Below are positions 57,874-64,000 of a DNA stretch of 64,000 nt, in pieces. A program made the translations under genes and the position numbers. This DNA is from an uncultured Candidatus Saccharibacteria bacterium (GTDB taxonomy: Bacteria; Patescibacteriota; WWE3; UBA101185; UBA10185), in NCBI GenBank assembly GCA_964387275.1, contig CAYLVW010000002.1, forward strand, positions 127,286 to 191,285, written 5' to 3'. Under the pieces are notes generated by a model, which saw nothing but the letters and a program-made list of their open reading frames with translations, had not been told where the DNA came from and made no database searches. Position 1 is the stretch's first letter; each line of letters opens with the position of its first letter.

Positions 57874-57949
57874 GGGTGTTTAGCTCAGCTGGTAGAGCAG
57901 GCGTCTTATACACGCCCGGTCCTTGGTTCGAGTCCAAGAACACCCACCA
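57874..57949 (+). tRNA. tRNA with a TAT anticodon (Ile-UAU)
   Basis: GGGTGTT...GGCGT-ct-TAT-ac-ACGCC...TTCGAGT...AACACCC-A-CCA. Confidence 0.9.
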
Positions 57950-58013
57950 GTCACTTAGCGAATAAAATGAGCTTAGTGAAATGGGGTGCAAGGCCACCAG
58001 TCACTTAGCGAAT
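57944..58013 (+). repeat. 20-bp direct repeat that includes the tRNA 3' end
   Basis: CCACCAGTCACTTAGCGAAT at 57944-57963 and 57994-58013. Confidence 0.9.
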
Positions 58014-58093
58014 GGCTAATCTTTACATATATCAAAAAAGCGCCGTGGTTATTAATCACAGCGCCTTCGTTTTTATTCACTAAATTGATTTGT

Positions 58094-58963
58094 TTATAGA
58101 ATACCAAACTCAGTCTTTTCTTCTTCCGTTGTTTTCTTTATATATTGTAAATATCTCTCAGTTGTAGACACTCTCTTGTGGCCGGCTACTTTTGAAACTA
58201 AGCTTAAGCTTGTACCTTGTGATAAGTGAAATGCAACAAAAGTATGTCTTAAGTCATTAACCTTAGCACTTTCAACACCAGCTAGTTTAAAAAACCTGTC
58301 AATGGTTGATCTTATATTTCTGATAAGAAGTGCTTTACCTGTTTTTGTAGTAAATAGGTATTCGGTAGGCTTGTCTGTTTTTTCGGCAAGATACTTGTTT
58401 ATGGCTTCTACCACAGCTTTATTTAAAGGTATGCTTCTCGATTCTTTACCGTTTTTCTTAGGTATAAAAAGGTTACCCAACTCTTTATTAATAGTAAGGT
58501 CAGAGATTTTTATTTCAGCAACTTCAGATATTGTAATACCTGTCTGTAACAAAACTTCAACCATCGCGAAAGTTCTTGTATCGTCTTTTGCGGCATCTCT
58601 TAAAGCTCCATATTCCATTCTTGTTAGAATTCTAGGTGCTTTTAAATCGACCTTAGGATGTTTTAACTGATCTGCAATATTTATGCTAATGTGACTGGAT
58701 TCTACTAAATATCTAAAGTAAGTTTTAGTAGAGTTAGTCTTTCTGGAAATAGACTTAGGCGTGTAGTTTTCCTTAGCCAATTTAGCCATGAATTCTTCTA
58801 GGTGTTCTATGGCAATTTCAGTTACCAAATTTACTCCCTTATTAGAAAGGAATTTTGTAAGTTGATCTATATCTTTACCGTATGCAGTCAATGTAGACGA
58901 GGATTTACCCTTATCTTCTAGGTGCTTGATAAAGTTTTTATGTGCTATATCGAGTTTTATCAT
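58094..58963 (-). CDS. XerC/D-like tyrosine recombinase with atypical catalytic residues
   Basis: SAM-like N-domain (T..AY..D), NDLRHTF, AGH, TTERY; TGITISE in place of TGxRxxE. Confidence 0.88.
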   Translation of the reverse strand: MIKLDIAHKNFIKHLEDKGKSSSTLTAYGKDIDQLTKFLSNKGVNLVTEIAIEHLEEFMAKLAKENYTPKSISRKTNSTKTYFRYLVESSHISINIADQLKHPKVDLKAPRILTRMEYGALRDAAKDDTRTFAMVEVLLQTGITISEVAEIKISDLTINKELGNLFIPKKNGKESRSIPLNKAVVEAINKYLAEKTDKPTEYLFTTKTGKALLIRNIRSTIDRFFKLAGVESAKVNDLRHTFVAFHLSQGTSLSLVSKVAGHKRVSTTERYLQYIKKTTEEEKTEFGIL

Positions 58964-59138
58964 AAAATATGGGGTTTTTAGGGGCAAGGCTACAAACCTA
59001 TAGTGTAGGATACCAGTTTAGTTTTTACTTGTCAATGTTTGCTTATTTTACTAGTTTTAAGACCTTATAGGATTGTAGGTAAATTTTTTGAGTTTTTAGC
59101 CCCATTTTTTGATCTGCTCCTAGTGTTAGAATACACTT

Positions 59139-59534
59139 ATGCGGTCAATATCAAACCTGAAGTATATAGTAGGGGGTTTTGTACTTTTGCTTATATCAAT
59201 AAGCTATATAAAAAAGACATTTGAGATTCTCAAAAGCGGTGAAAGACTGGCCGAAGTAAGAAAAGAGGTGGTAAATCTTAGCTCTGAAAAAGAAAATTTA
59301 GAATTTGAACTTTCCTACATGCAAAGCCCTGAGTATATTGAGAGGTCTGCCCGAACTGAGCTAAACATGGTAAAACCTAATGAATTAGTTTTTGTGCCTG
59401 AAACATCTCTCAAAGAAGATCCAAAGACTTTAGAATCAACTTTAGTTGTGTCTCCAGAACCTGATAAGAGTACCAAAGATATAAGAAAGAAAGATTCAAA
59501 AATTGGATTATGGTTAAAGTACTTTTTGTATTAG
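59139..59534 (+). CDS. FtsB/DivIC septum formation initiator
   Basis: TM, coiled coil, YIERSARTELNMVKPNE.VF. Confidence 0.85.
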   Translation: MRSISNLKYIVGGFVLLLISISYIKKTFEILKSGERLAEVRKEVVNLSSEKENLEFELSYMQSPEYIERSARTELNMVKPNELVFVPETSLKEDPKTLESTLVVSPEPDKSTKDIRKKDSKIGLWLKYFLY

Positions 59535-59603
59535 ACGTGGTTGATATAAATTCATGCCTCTGCTATCATGCAGTAGCTTCTTAACTAATATCTAGTTTTC
59601 TGA

Positions 59604-59677
59604 AGCGGGGTGGAGGAGTAGTACCTCGTCAGGCTCATAATCTGAAGACCCCGGTGCAAATCCGGGCCCCGCAACCA
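59604..59677 (+). tRNA. Initiator tRNA-Met(CAT)
   Basis: 1:72 mismatch (A-A), GCGGGG/CCCCGC acceptor, A11-U24, ctCATaa loop, ACCA end. Confidence 0.88.
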
Positions 59678-59807
59678 AATAAATCCCCCACCAGCAAAAT
59701 ATTTTTACCAGTAGGGGAAGGGTTGTTAGATTTTTCCGCCAGTTATATCTTTTATCCAGTTTGTAAGTGAATCCTTAGCCTCTTTACCCAAGATTTTGAT
59801 TAGATCT

Positions 59808-60182
59808 TTACCTGTTTGTAAAGTTTCTATAACTAAAAATCCTGTAAATGCCCAGACAATAAATCCATTCCATAAACGCTCCTATCAATATGTAGTAAAG
59901 TCTTTTTCGTTCTCCAATCTCCTTACCCCTCATTATTTCTATAAGATCTAGGCATAGCAGCGCTAATTCTTCAAACTTGCCATCTTCTAAGGCAATTAGA
60001 ACTGTAGCGATAAGGGTTAGTCCCTCTACCACAATAGTTATGTAGATAGGTATTGCCCAGAATGGGTTTTGTATGAGTCCAAGAGAGTTTATTAGGAGTA
60101 TAACTAGCCCTAATTTGACTACCGCACTAGTGACCATCCCAAAAGTTACCAGTCTGGTAATAACACGCAGTTTTTCGCTCAT
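59808..60182 (-). CDS. Hypothetical membrane protein between two tRNAs
   Basis: GGGAGAAGGGA SD, 3 hydrophobic segments. Confidence 0.7.
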   Translation of the reverse strand: MSEKLRVITRLVTFGMVTSAVVKLGLVILLINSLGLIQNPFWAIPIYITIVVEGLTLIATVLIALEDGKFEELALLCLDLIEIMRGKEIGERKRLYYILIGAFMEWIYCLGIYRIFSYRNFTNR

Positions 60183-60407
60183 ATCCCTTCTCCCGAGAGG
60201 ATAATACCAGATTGTGGTTGCATTATAAACTCATGTTTAGTAGCATGGTGTCGTTGTGTGGGTCCTACAGTATAATTTGATATAATTCAACTTGTTTCAG
60301 AGGTTACTGCTTTGTTTAAATACACCAATGTAGTTTTTGGTTGTTTTTAAGGGTAGTGTGTGTCTGTTTGGGCTAGTAAATAGTCACGTGTGTTTGTAGG
60401 TTTTTTA

Positions 60408-60483
60408 GCCAACGTAGCTCAGTGGTTAGAGCGGGCGTTTCATAAGCGCTAGGTCGGAGGTTCAATTCCCCCCGTTGGCACCA
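60408..60483 (+). tRNA. tRNA-Met(CAT), elongator type
   Basis: GCCAACG/CGTTGGC acceptor, ttCATaa loop, ACCA end. Confidence 0.9.
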
Positions 60484-60555
60484 TAATTTTTTCCAAAACA
60501 TCATTAGAATATTGCTTATTTTGATTAGGGGTTTTTCATAATATAATCAATAAAT

Positions 60556-61560
60556 ATGTCAAAACGAATTCTTACAGGAGATAACACTACAGGCAAATTA
60601 CACCTCGGTCATTACGTTGGTTCTCTCGAAAATAGGGTTAAGCTTCAACACGAATACGATACTTTTATCATTTTAGCTGATATGCACGCTATGGCATACC
60701 CAAAGTATATTGGTGCACCTGAGATTGTTGCAACCTCTGTGCTGGATGTTGCTCTTGATAATCTTTCCGTTGGTCTTGATCATAAAAAAGTTCATATTTT
60801 CTCTGAGTCATCAATACCTGAGATATTTGAGTTAGCTTTAATATTTAGTATGTTGGTTAGCCATTCCAGGGCTCTTAGAAACCCTACTATAAAGGACGAA
60901 ATCCGTGATAAGGGTTTAGGAGACAACTTTTCTTTAGGATTTGTAAATTTTCCAATAATGATGTCTGCTGATATTTTAAGTGTAGGTGCTGATTTAGTGC
61001 CTGTTGGGGAAGATCAACTTCCTCATATTGAGCAAACAAATGAAATTGTTCGTAGATTTAATTTGCTATATGGCGAAGGTGCTCTAAAGGAAGTGCGAGG
61101 TTTAGTTGGTAGGGTCAAAAGACTGGTTGGTACAGATGGTAATGCTAAAATGACCAAGTCTTTAGGAAACTGTATATTTTTGTCAGATGACACTGCTACA
61201 GTTAGGAAACAGGTCATGGGTATGTACACAGATCCTAATAGAATAAGGCCTACCGATCCTGGAAAGGTAGATGGTAATCCAGTTTTTATATACCATGAGG
61301 CCTTTAATACCAATGTTGAGGAAGTGGAAGATTTGAAAAAACGCTATCTCTTGGGTAAGGTGGGGGATGTTGAGGTCAAAGAAAAATTATTTATTGCAGT
61401 TGAAAAATTTCTAGAGCCTATTAGAGAACGAAGGGCTATATATGAACGTGACTTAGGTATGGTAAGAGATATTATTAATGAAGGTAACATCTACACTCAA
61501 GCCATCGCTAGGGATACTTTAGAAATGGTTAAAGCTAAGATGAAATTGAGTCTTAAGTAG
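60556..61560 (+). CDS. trpS: Tryptophanyl-tRNA synthetase
   Basis: HLGH, VPVGEDQ, KMTKS, MYTDP. Confidence 0.97.
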   Translation: MSKRILTGDNTTGKLHLGHYVGSLENRVKLQHEYDTFIILADMHAMAYPKYIGAPEIVATSVLDVALDNLSVGLDHKKVHIFSESSIPEIFELALIFSMLVSHSRALRNPTIKDEIRDKGLGDNFSLGFVNFPIMMSADILSVGADLVPVGEDQLPHIEQTNEIVRRFNLLYGEGALKEVRGLVGRVKRLVGTDGNAKMTKSLGNCIFLSDDTATVRKQVMGMYTDPNRIRPTDPGKVDGNPVFIYHEAFNTNVEEVEDLKKRYLLGKVGDVEVKEKLFIAVEKFLEPIRERRAIYERDLGMVRDIINEGNIYTQAIARDTLEMVKAKMKLSLK

Positions 61561-61584
61561 TATATAATCCCTAGGCAAAAAATT

Positions 61585-63504
61585 ATGACTATAATGTACA
61601 CAGAGAAATCCAATATAGATACTTCACAAAAAGACTCCAAAAAGAATTTGAGTAAGGGTGGGTCTTTTAGTAAGAAAAAAGTTAATAGTAATTCTCCTTT
61701 GGGTCCGTTTAATAATCCAAGGCAGTTTTTTGTAGACAACTTATTTTATCTTGTTTTGATAGTAATAGCTTTAATGGCTTTTGATTTTTTTGGCAGTGGG
61801 GGTATTGGTGCTGAAACCAAGCCGATAAGTGATGTTTTAAGACTGATAAATGATGATAAGGTCCAAAATGTTGTAGTAGATGGAGATACAATTAAGGTTC
61901 AGTTGAAAGATGGTACAAACATTAAAACTGATAAAGAATCTGGTGTAAGTTTTGATGAGGTGTTAAAAAACAACGAGATAGACCCAAAAAAAATTTCCGG
62001 TGAGATTAAAGTAGAACATAGTATATCTTTCGATCAAGTGATATTACCTTTACTTAGTTTAGCTATTCCTGTTTTAATTTTATTTTTTATTTTTAGACAG
62101 ATGCGTTCCAGTAGTGGTGATATTTTTTCTTTTGCTAAATCAAAAGCCAAGATGTTTAACAAAGAGAGCTCCAAAATTACTTTCTCTGACGTAGCTGGAA
62201 ACGAAGAAGCTAAGAAAGAAATGGTTGAGATAGTGGATTTTCTCAAAAACCCAGAAAAGTATAGAAAACTAGGAGCTCGTATTCCAAAAGGAATTCTTCT
62301 TGTTGGTCCCGCTGGTGTTGGTAAGACCTTACTTGCTAAAGCAATTGCTGGTGAGGCCGGGGTGCCCTTTTTTAGTGTTGCTGGTAGTGAGTTCATGGAG
62401 ATGTTAGTTGGTGTTGGTTCTGCTAGGGCAAGGGATTTATTCAAAATGGCAAAATCCAGCCAACCAAGTTTAGTATTTATTGATGAGATTGATGCAATTG
62501 GTAGGCAAAGGGGCATGGGTATAGGTGGGGGTCACGATGAAAGAGAGCAAACCTTAAACCAGATTCTAGTTGAGATGGATGGTTTTGATCCAAGAACCAA
62601 TGTTATTGTTTTGGCTGCTACAAATAGACCCGATATGTTAGATCCAGCTTTAGTTAGAGCTGGTAGATTTGATAGAAGGGTTAGTATATCCCTCCCTGAT
62701 CTAAATGATAGGAAGATGATTCTTGAGATTCATTCAAAAGGTAAGCCTCTTGCTTCTGATGTAAATTTTGAGAGAGTTGCAAAAAAGACTGTAGGATTTT
62801 CTGGAGCTGATTTAGAGAACATGCTAAATGAAGCAGCAATACTAGCTGCAAGAGCAGGTAGGGATTCTATTCAAAACATTGATTTGGAAGAAGCTGCCTT
62901 AAAGGTTACTATTGGTGCTGAGAGAAGAACACTTCAAACTGAGGCAGAAAGAAGAATGACTGCCTACCATGAAGCAGGTCATGCCTTAGTTGCTACTTAC
63001 GTAAAAGACATGGACCCTGTTTATAGAATTTCTATTGTTGCAAGAGGTGGTTCTTTGGGTCATACAAGTTTTCCTCCAGAGAGAGATCGTTACAATGAAA
63101 CTAAAACAAGAATACTATCGTTAATTTCTACAATGCTTGGTGGTAGAGCAGCTGAGGAAATTATTTTCAATGAGTTAACTGTTGGCGCATCCGATGATAT
63201 TGACAGAGCTACTAAACTTGCAAGAAAAATGGTCACAGAGTATGGTATGAGCTCACTAGGGCCTATATCTTTTGATGGTAGGAATGGTAGTTTTTGGTTA
63301 GCAAGAGAGATGGGCGAAATGCCTCACTATAGCCAGGATGTGGCTTCAAAAATTGATGCAGAAATAAATGAGATCATTTCTTCTTGCTATACAGAAGCTA
63401 AGAGAATTCTCACAGAAAAAAGAGCTGTATTGGATAAAGTATCCGAGGCTCTACTTACTAAGGAAACTATCGATGGGGATGAGTATAAAGCCCTGTTAAG
63501 CTAG
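61585..63504 (+). CDS. ftsH: ATP-dependent zinc metalloprotease
   Basis: Two TM segments, GPAGVGKT, FIDEIDA, SRH motif, HEAGH. Confidence 0.98.
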   Translation: MTIMYTEKSNIDTSQKDSKKNLSKGGSFSKKKVNSNSPLGPFNNPRQFFVDNLFYLVLIVIALMAFDFFGSGGIGAETKPISDVLRLINDDKVQNVVVDGDTIKVQLKDGTNIKTDKESGVSFDEVLKNNEIDPKKISGEIKVEHSISFDQVILPLLSLAIPVLILFFIFRQMRSSSGDIFSFAKSKAKMFNKESSKITFSDVAGNEEAKKEMVEIVDFLKNPEKYRKLGARIPKGILLVGPAGVGKTLLAKAIAGEAGVPFFSVAGSEFMEMLVGVGSARARDLFKMAKSSQPSLVFIDEIDAIGRQRGMGIGGGHDEREQTLNQILVEMDGFDPRTNVIVLAATNRPDMLDPALVRAGRFDRRVSISLPDLNDRKMILEIHSKGKPLASDVNFERVAKKTVGFSGADLENMLNEAAILAARAGRDSIQNIDLEEAALKVTIGAERRTLQTEAERRMTAYHEAGHALVATYVKDMDPVYRISIVARGGSLGHTSFPPERDRYNETKTRILSLISTMLGGRAAEEIIFNELTVGASDDIDRATKLARKMVTEYGMSSLGPISFDGRNGSFWLAREMGEMPHYSQDVASKIDAEINEIISSCYTEAKRILTEKRAVLDKVSEALLTKETIDGDEYKALLS

Positions 63505-63543
63505 CATCCGTTATCTCTAAACCTGCTAATTACAAGAATGCTG

Positions 63544-64000
63544 TCACTTTTTCGGTGTGTATTCTGTGGTATATCCTGGATTTTCTGATGGCCTGAGCTT
63601 ATTTGGGTACTCTATGTCAGTTTTTACATCCATTGAAACACCTTTAAGCATTTTAAATATCTCATAGGGGCTCTCAATATTTGCAAGTGCATAAGGCTTT
63701 GATGCTATACCATTTTTAGTAGTTACAAATGTGCCTGCACTGGAGATTTTTATTGTACCTGTTTTGCCTCCCATTAGTATGGTATCTAGTATTCCAACGT
63801 TTACCTCAGCATTTGTTATTTTATCGAAGTCGATCATTTGGAAATCTCTACCAATGACACCTGTTTGTAAAAGGACTCTCCTGTCTGTAATAGCATATAA
63901 GACATGTTTATAAACCAGTAGGTTGTATATAATAGGTCCAAAAGTCATAAGAATGCCTACCCAGAAGTGTGGCATTAGAAAAATTGCTACTCCCGGGTTT
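63544..64000 (-). CDS. Bacterial PH (bPH_2/YdbS-like) domain membrane protein, 5' end outside the window
   Basis: YAITDRRV..QTG.IGRD...I....I..V.VG..D....GTI. Confidence 0.75.
   Translation of the reverse strand, partial: NPGVAIFLMPHFWVGILMTFGPIIYNLLVYKHVLYAITDRRVLLQTGVIGRDFQMIDFDKITNAEVNVGILDTILMGGKTGTIKISSAGTFVTTKNGIASKPYALANIESPYEIFKMLKGVSMDVKTDIEYPNKLRPSENPGYTTEYTPKK

Noticed and set aside
1-64000. CRISPR array, rRNA, IS transposase or TGA recoding
   Set aside because: No regularly spaced repeats, rRNA or transposase motifs were seen; conserved genes are intact under code 11 and some end in TGA.

Overview
Low-GC bacterial chromosome segment. Gene style suggests Patescibacteria/CPR, possibly WWE3/Microgenomates-like; that placement is an inference. 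The code is standard (TGA is used as a stop). Housekeeping content: valS, proS, tsaD, gatD-murT, dnaA with a probable oriC on its 3' side, cell-envelope glycosyltransferases, tatD, pgi, comF, a split transketolase, a PfkB kinase, an ArsR-sufCBDSU operon, hpf, a Xer-like recombinase, ftsB, trpS, ftsH and four tRNAs (Asn-GTT, Ile-TAT, initiator Met, elongator Met). Accessory content: (i) an operon of unknown membrane proteins at 1-4.8 kb, (ii) an island of small stand-alone genes at about 31-38 kb, and (iii) an ~8.5 kb element at 38069-46615 integrated at the 3' end of tRNA-Asn. The element encodes a large serine recombinase, a lambda-O-like Rep, a DUF5659-like protein, a lone small-terminase-like protein and a KAP NTPase, which makes it a candidate phage satellite. 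Its excision would rewrite the recombinase C-terminus. Other highlights are an unrecognised ~220-nt ncRNA with a near-consensus promoter, two pseudoknot/switch-like RNA elements inside the integrated element, a 1348-aa secreted protein with an apparently circularly permuted clan GH-A barrel plus a lytic-transglycosylase-like domain, and a tRNA-Ile(UAU) with a Val-like body. All family assignments are from motif recognition by eye; no searches were run.
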